Translations under genes and position numbers: made by a program
Part shown: positions 23,901 through 35,696 of the stretch, one piece after another
Layout of the letters: every line of letters begins with the position of its first letter
How positions within the stretch are numbered: position 1 is the stretch's first letter
The notes under the pieces: generated by a model
What the model was told of the DNA's origin: nothing
Databases searched by the model: none
The model's input: only the letters and a program-made list of their open reading frames with translations
Assembly: GCA_965637545.1 (NCBI GenBank)
Contig: OZ281497.1
Span: 24,118,001-24,182,000, forward strand
Reading direction: 5' to 3'
Source of the DNA: Phallusia mammillata
Taxonomy: Eukaryota
DNA: 64,000 bases

Positions 23901-25389
23901 CAGCAATCCGCAATATGCAACATATTTCTAACGGGTAACAAATCTGAGAATCAGCTAAACCCAAAAATACAGATCCAAAATACAATTGTTTTAAACAAAA
24001 AACGAATTTGGCCTTAAAGCTTAAGCTAACAAAATAAAACCATTGCGAAATGGGCACACAGTTGTAGTTTTACTTATCTCAAGTTAGGTCGAAGTTCACA
24101 AGTTGTTCACGAAAATCATACCACCTGAGCGTATGCATATTTATCCAACAGAAAATAAAAACGTAAGTGTGGTAAAGTGGGAATTTAGGGAATTAAAGGA
24201 ACCTAGGCCTCTACTTTTAAAAATGTCGAACAATGGCCTGGTACAGGGGTCGGCAACCTTTTTTGCACTGCGGACCGTTTTTGAAAGTAAAATTTTATCG
24301 GGGATCGGTCTTCTCCGGTATACATGCTGAAATCGTTTCTTAGCATTTAACCCGAAAAATGATACCGCCCGGTAACGAACTCCTGGCGGCCCGGTACCGG
24401 GCCACGGACCGCGGGCGGTTGCCGACCACTGGCCTGAAAAACTCCGGTCCGACTTCTACAACTCCCTCCAGTATATTTAAAAACGAATTAAATTTACAAC
24501 CTTATCGAACTTTGCACATTATTTTCAAAGCAGAATAAGCTGACTGGGTTTTACCATTATACCAGCTGTCGATAGTTTCAACTATTTTGCGCTAGATTAA
24601 TTCATTGGGTTACAAATCACATTAGGCCGCTCTGACTAAAACAGTGGTTCTCAATTTTTTCCGGATCGCGTACCACCTGACAACATTTTCTATCGCTGCG
24701 TACCACCTAAAGTCCTTTCAAACGACTGCCCAGAACGGAGTTTTTGCCCGAACCAGGTCTGGTCAGATGGGTCAGTTGAGTTGCAATTTTAGATCGGACT
24801 TAAATTAGGAATCACAGAGATCTACTCGCGTACCACCTGAAAAGTTCAGGCGTACCACTAATGGTACGCGTACCACAGTTTGAGAACCACTGGACTAAAA
24901 GAATATTTCACACTCCAAAGGCGTCAAAAGATTTTCAGTAAGTCCGCGATCGCTTTACGAAATAATATTTTCAGATCCAATTTTCACTTGTTTATTTCAC
25001 GCTTTCACTACGCATGTGATGGGTAAACGCTAAACTAGTCTAGAGTAGTTCGCCAAGTCCGTTACCAAAAAGCTTTTTTCACAGAAAACAAAAGTAAGCT
25101 GCAGAACTGCACGCTAGGCTATAATACTATTCGATAACTTACCATAATACCATTCCGACCAAGTATAGCCTGAAAGAATGCTGTTGAGAAATGTAAGAAG
25201 GCGAGATGAAGGTTTCACATTCGCTAGTCTCGCATTTAGCTTTGAGCATGCTTTCTCAGCTTGACCATACGAACTGACTTTGTTGGATCCAATATAATAC
25301 TCGTTTCCATTAAAAGAATGCCAAGTTCGGGCGGAACATGAATGCGAAATTGCAAACACGAAAAGCGTTAGGTGTATATTGTTTGCCAT
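20996..25389 (-). CDS. C-type-lectin-like type I membrane protein, copy C, 279 aa, open frame
   Basis: Exons 25143-25389, 23747-23875 (YFVHTEGYYC..WHWEEATCSSTASYICQR), stalk mini-exons 23477-23497, 23332-23382, 23186-23239 and 22885-22911, TM 21351-21450, last exon 20996-21206 (EEPIYEVP). The exons sum to 840 nt. Confidence 0.85.
21583..22847 (+). mobile_element. internally deleted (TRIM-like) Gypsy LTR element, in an intron of CTL copy C
   Basis: 169-bp LTRs at 21583-21751 and 22679-22847 (3 mismatches), 5-bp TSD CTTTC, PBS TGGCGACGAG and PPT AGGGAGGAA. The interior is a gag N-terminus fused to a pol C-terminus (ORF 21958-22410). Confidence 0.92.
24244..24431. mobile_element. hAT-type MITE
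   Basis: TIRs CAGGGGTCGGCAACC / GGTTGCCGACCACTG and an imperfect 8-bp TSD gcctggta/gcctgaaa. Confidence 0.8.
24642..24892. mobile_element. hAT-type MITE
   Basis: TIRs CAGTGGTTCTCAA / TTGAGAACCACTG, a perfect TSD GACTAAAA and GCGTACCAC subterminal repeats. Same family as 59268-59585. Confidence 0.92.
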
Positions 25390-26490
25390 ATGTACAGTGT
25401 TGAATATGAAGCTGTAAAAACGCAAAAATGCTTTTTTTACCATTAAAATCAATTACCTACAAGTCTTCAACTTTTTTTAGGTGGTTGATACAACAAGGTT
25501 TCAAGGAATAGTGTTTACCTATTTGTTGCTGACAGCATCATTGAAGTTTTTATCTCAGAGTTGTGAGCGGGCCTGAAAGTGCCTTCTGGACCCGACTCGC
25601 ACTCGATGTTTTAACACTACAATGCCCGAACCAGTTCCCGTTCGTAAACTTAATCGAATCAAATCTATTGTTTCAAAGGTAACAGAAACTCAGAATAACA
25701 ATTAAGCCGTTCAAGCGCAAAAAGCACACTCTTCGACAAAACTTGGTTACACACCATAAACGGGTGCTATTTGCCTTGCCATTGCTATCCGGGCTGCGCC
25801 ATCGTTGTCTAAATCTTGTTTCAAATACAAATCAAGTATAAATCGTGTTTAAATATATTTTTCTATTTAAATAAGATTTCAATAATTCTTTAAGAAAGTG
25901 CTAATCTACTTCATTCTTTAAATATGTCTATGTTGCAAAGATGATAAAAAATCCAAAAAAATTGTGCAAAACTTGCTTGGTCTCTCACAACAAACACTTA
26001 CTTGCTTGCTTATTTTCGACGCTAACAATAAACGGATAACGTGTACATGGCGTGAACAAATCATAGCGACGTGTGAAACTTTCTTGTTCCTCTCTTTGTT
26101 GCTGGTTTAAATTACCCTGACATAATAAGCTAAAACACTGAATGTATATCGAAAAATACTTCATGCGTTTTCTATGACTGCTGGTTAATTCTCTATTCAA
26201 AGGCTTATGAAACCTGACAAGTTAATATTTTATCAGTCACTGAGTATGAAATGCTTCTGAAGAGAATCTTATCTATTGGCTGTGATGCATGGCATTTTAG
26301 CCTTAATTGGATTTTCAACTTATGTCCTGTAGCTTGGCTATTGGCCTGTTTATGCCCAATATAATGTTACCTACTGCAATGGTGTGATCGTACACTGTGC
26401 AGGTTTTCAACACTGTGCATTGTTAAGTTTTCTGGATCGCTGTGTGATCTATTTCACCAAATTGCATTACACTCATTACACTACACGACC

Positions 26491-26536
26491 TGCACTGATA
26501 AGACCGTACAGGTCGAAACAGTGGTCACTGTCTACA
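26491..26536 (+). ncRNA. type I hammerhead ribozyme motif (unit C), G8>A core variant
   Basis: TGCA CTGATAA GACC gtaca GGTC GAA ACAGTG gt CACTGT C TACA. Stems II and III pair perfectly and the cleavage triplet is GUC. Confidence 0.6.
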
Positions 26537-26804
26537 AACAACTTGTTGTTGTACTTGGCTGTTGCTTTTATTCTACATTGATTGTTTCCAAATATTAGCC
26601 ACGTAACACGATGGCTAGTTCATCTTTTTACAATCATATATTGTGTCCAGCAAGAAAATAAATAACAAAATCTCCAAAAAACAATTTACTCGTCTATTGC
26701 AGTACGTGTTTGTAGGAATAATACATTTTGAACTTTTTTTGAAGATATTCATGTCTCAAAAATACTCAAGCAAAACACTTCTGCCAAAGTTTTCTATTAT
26801 GCAA

Positions 26805-27548
26805 TCAATAGTATTGCAACAGTGCAACGGAGACTATGGCCACCAGTGTCGTAACTACAATATTGTCGATGAGTTTTCAAGCTCCACAACGCAAGTTCAT
26901 TTCCTGGGCGTAATGTGCTGCCACCTAACAACAACGAAAATGACGGTTTACCTGGTATGAGTATAAAAACTTAAACTAATCGGTGTTGGTAACTAGAAGC
27001 GATGATTATTAAGTTAGATAAATTTATAATGCGTCAAACCAGTGGTTCTCAACCTGTCATGGACCGCGCCCCCCTTCAAAAAATAACTTTTGGACTTCGT
27101 GCCCCCTTCAAGTAACCCTGTAGGACATGTAGCCCCCTTAAAAATGTGAATGGCAGTCTCATGTTGAATATCAATACTTATTTCGACTTTAAACAGGTCG
27201 AATAGAATGGCTCCTGTCGTGGGTTCGAATCTCACCGCGGGCTAGATTTTTCTACTCTATTTTTTCTACCCTTGTCGCAAGGGAATGCTTGGCAGATAGG
27301 CTTGTATAGGTACAACCCCAGCAATAGGCCTGACGTACTTTGAATGCTAGGCTTTACAAATTGACTTAATTTTTAATCTAGTATATTGTATACTGTACAA
27401 TATACAATTCATAGAATACCTGTAGACCAGTCCCATCCCACAGCCCAATTGTGTTTGCATGTGTAATCATCTCGTTAAACTATGCTTCACAGGTATCAAG
27501 TGACAATGAAACGTTACGATACCGTTCAGTTCTGTACGAATTCGGATT
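26805..27548 (-). pseudogene. orphan folate-receptor-like exons 3 (disrupted) and 5 (unit C)
   Basis: The exon-3 homolog at ~27420-27548 has an in-frame TAG and a small deletion. The exon-5 homolog starts at 26924. Confidence 0.85.
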
Positions 27549-29539
27549 CTAGATAAAATCCACTCAGTGTTAGAATAATTTATTGTTTCTCAACTTTGTT
27601 AGGTTTCAAACTGTTTTTGGCTTTTATTAATAATTTGTGGATTCGATAAAAATATGAGCTTAATTGAACATTATTCAGTTGAAATCTACTTTTTGTTTGG
27701 TGCTTCAAGAAATTTGGTTTCAATGTTTTGATCATTATTATTGTTATGATGTAAGTCAAAGTATACGAAATAACCAAAGGAGTTGAAAGAATTGATCACG
27801 TCCAAAACGCAATTCCTTAATCTCCAATCCCAAAGATAATACATCCTATATGTGCAGATGTGTGAAATCGAAAGCACAAAATCTGTCAACTTTAGTTTTT
27901 ATCCAATAACTTACTTCAAAGATAAAACCTGATAGTTACGCAATGTACAACAAAGTTGTAATTGAAAACAGAAAACTACACTGAACATTTTCGTCAACAA
28001 GATTGTCAACCGTGCGTCTGCGGACTCAAAAATCCATGAAATTATTTCGTAACACAGTCTACTAATTATTCATTTAAAACCAACAATAAAAGATGCGCTT
28101 TCAAAGAATAGCAAATCTGTATTTTAGTGTTTTTTTATACTTAATCCTGTAGTGAACCGGTTTATATCCTACAACCCCCCAAAATCGGTGTAGTTTCCGG
28201 CTTGGTGATTTTTTTTCTCGACAAGTGAAATAAACTCAACTCAACTCAAATACACGTGGTTAGTTCAAATAATTTTGCATTTTTAGTTAAAAATTTGGTA
28301 AAAATCTATAGGCTACAAAGGTTGCAAAAAATATTCTTGGTTTCACTATTCTCGATGCTTGGTTACAATAAGCTGATGTGGAAGTTTCGTTTACATCATG
28401 TAGATCTTTTCTTGTCAATTTGAGAAAATTTCTACCAAAAATAGCATCTCAGTGGCAGCTTTGTTTTTCATTGTTCCAAAATAATTGCTAGTTTCCATGA
28501 CTCTACTGTTCATAAATCAAAAATGTTTTGAAACTGTTTCTTGTATTGTGTATAAGAGTCTATTCAAATGGTTTGAAATCGTGAACGGTCAACTACCCGT
28601 CAGTCACTGTGTGTATGACTTTTGCTTGTTTTTTTAAGCAATTGTCACAATATAATTTAAGTCGTCTAGTCTGTTGTAAGTGATATACTGAACGTAGTAC
28701 ATTTTGATTTAAAATATTCGCATTTAGTTGTTTGAGGGTTTTTGGTACTTATATGCGCAATAACTTTGTGAAAAAAATTCTTCCCACCTAATTCCCTTAC
28801 TTCAATAAAGACATGTTTAAATAGGTTTGATGCTTATAATATTGTGATTTTTTGTCCTTGCCACCTTTATATCAGTTGTTTTATATAAGGTGGTCGGTTT
28901 GATCCTAAATGGTAACTTAGGACAGACTTATGAGAAGATCGTTTATCGAATTAAGTAAATGTTTGACTGGAAATTAAAAAATGGTTTAATCCTTGACTCA
29001 CCCACGGACAAAACCTTGATCTGAATTCTTTAAAGTCTGTATTCAAACTAATAAAAAAAATTTTTTAAAAGTATTATTTGTCTTAGATTTTTTATTCACA
29101 GGTTTGAAAAGCTGCAATTAATACAACAATACATTCATTAACTGTTATTTATAACAACAATAAAACGATAGGGAATGTGCAAACACTATAACAGTTTCAA
29201 AGGTCAAGTGGCCCAGTCACAAAGAATATCTTCCTTGTTGTCACAGGGTTTTGGGTTCTAATACAATTTCTGTCATTCATGTTTCCCTACGCAAAAGCTT
29301 ACGACGCTCCTACAAAGCAAAGAAACTTGAGGCATAAACTGCATTATTCCCCCTAACTCGAAACAATACATAAAAAAACATTAATGCTATATAAAAAAAT
29401 ATATGTAAAAACGATCCAACGGAAAAGCTACGGACTCATTGTGAACATAACGATTCAAGCGTTGCATGCCCAACGAAGACAAAAATAAATAAACAAACAA
29501 ACATAATGTTCAGAAATCTTATAGTAGAATTTAAAACCT

Positions 29540-32500
29540 CTATATTGGTATTGGGGCTGGTGGACGGTCATATTGGCAACTTTCATTAGGATTAGGTCTT
29601 GTTTCGTGGCTAATTTTCATTGGAATTTCATACACTGACTCTTCAACTGCATTCGGCTTGTTCTGATTTATATCTGCGACTTTGTTTAGTTGTTTGTTGG
29701 ACCTGCCAATGCAAAAAAACTGCTTGAGATTGTTTTAAAAATGAAAACTGAATATTGTGTACAAAACATTGTGTGAGCTGCATCTCATAACTGCGAATTG
29801 GTATCAGGTTTTGAAATGTCGATATGGAAACGTTGGTTAAACAGCAACGGTGTAATTGTATATTTAATCTAAATTCTACACCAGGGCTTTATATCCAATA
29901 TAGAGTATATTTAAAATAAATCAATGCATTTTGCAGGCAATTCCCCACCAAAATAAAAACAACAACAAAATAGTTCGTTGTAGATTTTGGTTGAAGTTTT
30001 CTATTTTACCTTTTCCTGTCCCAGTAAAACACAACAATCAGGAAAACAAGAACCAGAAAGAAAAATCCTGCCACGGCGCTTGGAACTGCAACTGCTACCA
30101 ATCGGTATTCATTTGCTAAAACCAAGTGTTGTAATGTTAGCTGGAATTGTTAATCATTAAGTAGATGTGCCCTATGTGGAGACCGTCTTATGCCACAGGG
30201 ACTATATGCAATGTTATTGGTATTATTTTTTAGAGACATGCAGGATTTTAAAGTAGACTATACTATAGTTTAGGCGTGCTACCAAATTCAGTCATGCTAT
30301 TGTTTCAATAGAAAATTTGCCACCATAAACAAATTCCCGTGCTACCAACGTCAATCATGCTATTGTTTCAATCGAAAGTTTGCCTCTATTCAAAGATTCC
30401 AATTAAAGAATGAAGTTGACTAATAAATAGCACTCGAAGCTTGCTGTAAACAATGCACCATAAGATCAACAAACTGGAACACCATAGCCCGGCTACAAAG
30501 CCCACATGGTTAAAGTCTTGTCACTATCTGCATTTATGAGACCGTTTATATGCTACAGCAGGTTAGCCTACATGAGTGTAACTTAATTCTTTGTTATTGT
30601 TATTGCTTTGTACTCACATTGTTTAAATGATTACTGTTACTTACTTGCTTTGGTGGGAGTTGGATTGTTATGAGTTGAAATGGTTCCTGTTTTCTTTGTT
30701 TTCGTGCCTTGCGTAAAACAAAGTCAAGCGCCAATCTTATGTAGCAGCACAAAATCAATGGGTGTAAAATAGTGATTATTTACATTTAAAACTATAACCA
30801 GTATAAATTGAGTTTGGGTCTCTAACTTCTTGACTCTTACATCTCAGGGTGTTATCAGTAAAACAATGACCTACATAAACTTAAAAAGCTATTTTTTAAT
30901 TTTAAATGCTTCTGCAAACGCCTGTTTTATTATCACTAACTAATTAAAAAGTTTAAATTGATTTTGTCATTGTTTTTGGTCATCGATTTTCCTCGCAAAC
31001 TTTTTAATGGTCATTTATAAACATTTTTGTGTTTAAAACTAAGGTATGTGCTTAGTGCACGAATAATTCCTACAATCTACTTTCTTTAGCCGGGAGAGGA
31101 TTGTTAACAGTTGAAACGAATCCTGTTTCCATTATTTGGTCTGTGCCTTCTATGGTTTCTGAAATAACAAACAATGTCGATATTTATAGGCACACAAAAA
31201 CTAAATGCTTAAAATAGTGATTATTATTCATTTTTAATAACAATACAGTTCAGGTTGATGTTTGTGTCTGAATTTCTTGACAATTACGAGTCCAAATTTG
31301 TTCACAAGCCTTTGTACTAAATCAGGGCTTCCCAAACTGGGGGTCGCGACCCCGGAAGGGGTCGCTTAACAAACTTGAGGGGTCGCAGAGAGCTGTGCCA
31401 ATTTCTGCAAAAAGTAATCAATACACTGGCGCGGAGTACGGGGGTGTGAGGGTGCCGCACACCCCCGGCCTTTATCTTTGTATAACGTCAAAATCGCATC
31501 TTTGTTCAAGTTACGTCGGTTTTAAAACGTTTTCAGCCAAGCGCAAACGCGCTTGTACTGACGCTATTGATCGAACAGACGTCGGTTGAAACGCAACAAT
31601 TGCAATTGTTTTAAAATACCCAGGCATTTTAATGCAGCATAAACATGATATATAGAGTTACAAACGTTTAAGCATTGTTTGGCGCAATAACTTTCTCTGA
31701 TAAAAAATATGCAATAAATTTCCGATTTTCAAGCAGTGTTAAATATCTGTTTTCAAAGCACTGCAACGGCCTAAACTTGGTTCAAGGTGAGCTCAGTTTA
31801 GGCGTCAACAATACACGATTTGAAACTTGTATTGCTTTTACTTTATTTTCCGCCCTAACAAATTACTTAAAACCTAAGTCGTTGTAAAACTTGCCGACTC
31901 GGTAAATCGTCCTTTACGAACGTGCGTATGTTCTCGACGCACAGCAAACGTTCAAACCACACGAAGAAATTGTGACAAGTGCCCATTTGCAAAACAATCT
32001 GTCAGAAACTAAGGCTAAAGCACGTAAAAGTTATCGGTGTTTGAACGTGTAAAGTAGTAGACTCCGAGTACCGGTAGGTTGTTTTTAGTTTTCGCTCGAA
32101 TTCGGCGTTTCAATAAATACAACAAACGTTTTTTTCGCATTGTTTATCATACCGTGAAGGGTCGCGAAAAATTTAAAGAGATTAAAAGGGGTCGCGAACA
32201 AAAAAGTTTGGGAAGCCCTGTACTAAATAATGTCCCAGATTTTACCAACTTTTGAAAGTATTTTTTTAAACGGTTATTTAAAACTAACAAAATCTACACT
32301 AGAAAAGCATACAAGAAACAAACATCAGATAAAGTTTTTAAAACCTTGTTTAATGTTGTTTTTTTGCCAAAAACCGTTGCTATAAAATCCATTTACATCA
32401 TCATTTATCTGCGATAGTTTCATTGTTATTATTGCTATTACGTCAAGCAATATGAATGTCAAACTAAATAAAAATATTTCTTTTTACCGTAAAAGTAATC

Positions 32501-32614
32501 GTTGTCTCCGGATTCATCACTAAACTCGTCATTTCCAGACCCTACCCCAGAGTAATAAACGGCCACAGATGTGGAGATATGCAAAATTAAAACAACACAA
32601 ATGGCCAACTTCAT
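29540..32614 (-). CDS. small single-pass membrane protein (Ser-Gly/acidic ectodomain, mucin stalk, Tyr-motif tail), copy 2
   Basis: Exons 32488-32614 (MKLAICVVLILHISTSVA-VYYSGVGSGNDEFSDESGDNDYFY), 31081-31158, 30645-30707, 30010-30115 (TM) and 29540-29702 (EESVYEIP..YDRPPAPIPI*). The frame is open. Confidence 0.8.
31323..32220. mobile_element. non-autonomous hAT element
   Basis: 16-bp TIRs CAGGGCTTCCCAAACT, a perfect 8-bp TSD TACTAAAT and GGGGTCGC subterminal motifs. Confidence 0.92.
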
Positions 32615-32727
32615 TTTGGTTCAGTACGCAATAGGCAACAACTACTTTCTAGAAAAATATGGCAACTACGTTCAACGTTAAGATGAACATAAATTCATAA
32701 CTGGGATCAACCCTGAAGCGTCTATGC

Positions 32728-33181
32728 CAGTGGTTCTCAACCTTTTTTACTATGCGACCCCCTTTAGAGATTTTCTAACACCACGCGACCCCTTTACACA
32801 CGCACACACACAGGAAGTTTAACTACCAGCATGTGTTGATTGTGTTCATCACACATTTGCAATCTAACGTGGCTGCAATAGTTCGGCGTTTTGCTGTATT
32901 CCGGAAAACGCCTATTTTTCACTAACTATTTCACTATTTCGTGTTTTTCTTATGTTAAAAAAAACCAAAACCCGCAGTTATAGAAGTATACAATCGCAAA
33001 TATTGTTGCGCCCGTTCTAAATCAAACGGTCGTGTGAGTTACTATATGCTAAACAAAAGTCACAGGGAAAGTTTTTTTGATACAGATAAAACAATTCCGT
33101 GTTCGGTTGCGTCTCCGCGACCCCCTCAAAAGTGCTTGGCGACCCCTTGGGGGGTCGCGACCCCCAGGTTGAGAAACACTG
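32728..33181. mobile_element. hAT-type MITE nested in the tRNA-repeat insertion
   Basis: TIRs CAGTGGTTCTCAACCT / AGGTTGAGAAACACTG and a perfect TSD GTCTATGC. Confidence 0.92.
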
Positions 33182-33541
33182 GTCTATGCAGACCAGCGAT
33201 CACGGCACACTCATATATAAATCACAGTACACCAGGCCCATTGAAGGCGCTATACCGAATCAGCCGGTCACCAAGCATTCACCACCATATGGCAAGGCGT
33301 AGGCTAGAGAAATCTAGCTTGCGGTGGGATTCGAACCCACGACAGGAGTCTTTCCGGGACTCGCGATCTACAAACTGAGCTACACAGGCCCTACGCTTCA
33401 GGGCTGATACCAGTTATGAATTTATGTTCATCTTAACTGATACTGGTCAATCTGGCGATCCCCTACTACGAAGCTGACATGTGCAGCATACGAGGCAGGC
33501 AACGGTGCTTGTGATTCGACTTTCGGCGGATTCTCCACTGG

Positions 33542-33615
33542 GCCTGTGTAGCTCAGTTGGTAGAGCGCGAGTCCCGGAAAGACTCCTGTCGTGGGTTCGA
33601 ATCCCACCGCAGGCT
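33542..33615 (+). ncRNA. tRNA-like cloverleaf module of the repeat (also ~33897, ~34243, and inverted ~33316-33388); not a canonical tRNA
   Basis: Acceptor GCCTGTG/CGCAGGC, D arm GCTC-AGTTGGTA-GAGC, stem GAGTC/GACTC with loop CCGGAAA, T arm GTGGG-TTCGAAT-CCCAC. It lacks U33 and has an extra nt before the anticodon stem. Confidence 0.75.
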
Positions 33616-35696
33616 AGATTTCTCTAGCCTACGCCTTGCCATATGGTGGTGAATGCTTGGTGACCGGCTGATTCGGTATAGCGCCTTCAATGGGCCTGGC
33701 GTACTGTGATTTAGATATGAGTGTGCCGTGATCGCTGGTCTGCATAGACGCTTCAGGGTTGATCCCAGTTATGAATTTATGTTCATCTTAACTGATACTG
33801 GTCAATCTGGCGATCCCCTACTACGAAGCTGACATGTGCAGCATACGAGGCAGGCAACCGTGCTTGTGATTCGACTTTCGGCGGATTCTCCACTGGGCCT
33901 GTGTAGCTCAGTTGGTAGAGCGCGAGTCCCGGAAAGACTCCTGTCGAATCCCACCGCAGGCTAGATTTTTCTAGCCTACGCCTTGCCATATGGTGGTGAA
34001 TGCTTGGTGACCGGCTGATTCGGTATAGCGCCTTCAATGGGCCTGGCGTACTGTGATTTATATATGAGTGTGCCGTGATCGCTGGTCTGCATAGACGCTT
34101 CAGGGTTGATCCCAGTTATGAATTTATGTTCATCTTAACTGATACTGGTCAATCTGGCGATCCCTACTACGAAGCTGACATGTGCAGCATACGAGGCAGG
34201 CAACGGTGCTTGTGATTCGACTTTCGGCGGATTCTCCACTGGGCCTGTGTAGCTCAGTTGGTAGAGCGCGAGTCCCGGAAAGACTCCTGTCGTGGGTTCG
34301 AATCCCACCGCAGGCTAGATTTCTCTAGCCTACGCCTTGCCATATGGTGGTGAATGCTTGGTGACCGGCTGATTCGGTATAGCGCCTTCAATGGGCCTGG
34401 CGTACTGTGATCGACGTTCAACGTTGTTGTAAACAATTGTTGTCGACCTGTTTCAACAATGCGTGCGGACTGAACAAAAAATCTGCAAAATGTTTTCGTT
34501 TTGGCTGTCTAGTAAGGATAATACAAAGCCCGCAAAAGGGTATGAAACACTGTACAGAAGTCAAAAATGCGCTATAAAACTATAACTAATCTATATTTTC
34601 AAACTTCAAAATGAAATCAAAACCTTTCAAACGGTGTAGCTGCAGCGTGTTTAGGAATTATCCCCAATTCTACCAGTAACTGTTTTTGCACACCATAAGA
34701 TTTCAACTTTGCGCAGCTGTTTCTAGGTGATGGTTCAGTGCAATTTTGTAGCTATGTGTTCTTTCGCCAAGGCTATGAACAATATGCTTTGTTTTTCTAT
34801 GCTTGACGCTTACAAAAAATGCTTATACGTTTCATAACGTAAAACTTTCCATATTAACTGTGTGAAAATTGCTTTTTCCGGCTTTACTGAAAGCGACAAC
34901 TTCTAACTATATCATCCATGCAACAATATTAGCCAGTTTTCATCACCCAATAAGGCTGCATGGTTTGTGTGCTCACAGTTTACCGAAACCATTCCTATGA
35001 CTCGAGTCAATTCATGTAGTTTCGAAACTTGACAGGTTAATTGTTCATTACACACTGTGTATGATTTTTTGTATGTTTTGAAAGGAAGTCTTAAACTAGG
35101 TTTAGTACATCCTACCAACCACATAAATATTTTAATATCACAGTAAAACTGCCAGTGAAACGGTCAATTTTGTCTATTATGTTATTTATTGCAAATTTAA
35201 ATTAGGCGTATGTGTAAAAAAATCAAGGTCTTGTAGGTTGCATAAGAATATCACTGACTTTTAGCGCTTGTAAAAAGTGGTTGTGGTTTCTAAATCCGGC
35301 TCAGCCTCTTCTGTTAATAGAAATAGAAAGACTCATTGTTGAACCCTAGTATTGTTTCTTTTTTTCTTTTCACACTACAAAAAACGATTATAACAAAAAC
35401 AAAAATAAAACATTTAACATACAAAATGTATGATTAACATCTATATAATTATTGCGTCGCACTAGCACTCATGGAAGTGTAAGGGCCCATACGAAGCCAA
35501 AGACTGACGAGTATTCCCATTTGAAAAACAATAGGCAACTACAAGAAGACTCCATTGTGGCTTTAATTGAAAAATATTGCTGCTCATTGTCATATGATTT
35601 CATTTTTTTGACAAATTTAGAGTTCACAAGAAGGCTAGTTTCTTTTATCAGCACTTTTTTCTCTTCAGTTAGGCGCCTTGGATCAATAGACTGCAA

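Larger units (their letters stand above)
32680..34411 (+). mobile_element. multimeric tRNA-containing retroposed repeat (355-bp monomers) with a 5' inverted segment
   Basis: Direct monomers start at 33393, 33748 and 34095. An inverted partial copy lies at 32680-33390, interrupted by a MITE. The flanking 12-bp direct repeat ACGTTCAACGTT is at 32668 and 34414. Confidence 0.85.

Noticed and set aside
33542-33615. Functional tRNA-Ser(GGA) gene array
   Set aside because: It has C instead of U33, an extra base before the anticodon stem, no long variable arm and no T-run terminator, and it is embedded in a repeat with dispersed decayed copies.
33393-34411. CRISPR array, or a hammerhead/HDV/theta ribozyme within the monomer
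   Set aside because: The monomers are near-identical with no unique spacers, and the context is eukaryotic. I found no CUGANGA..GAAA core or convincing HDV pseudoknot on either strand by eye.
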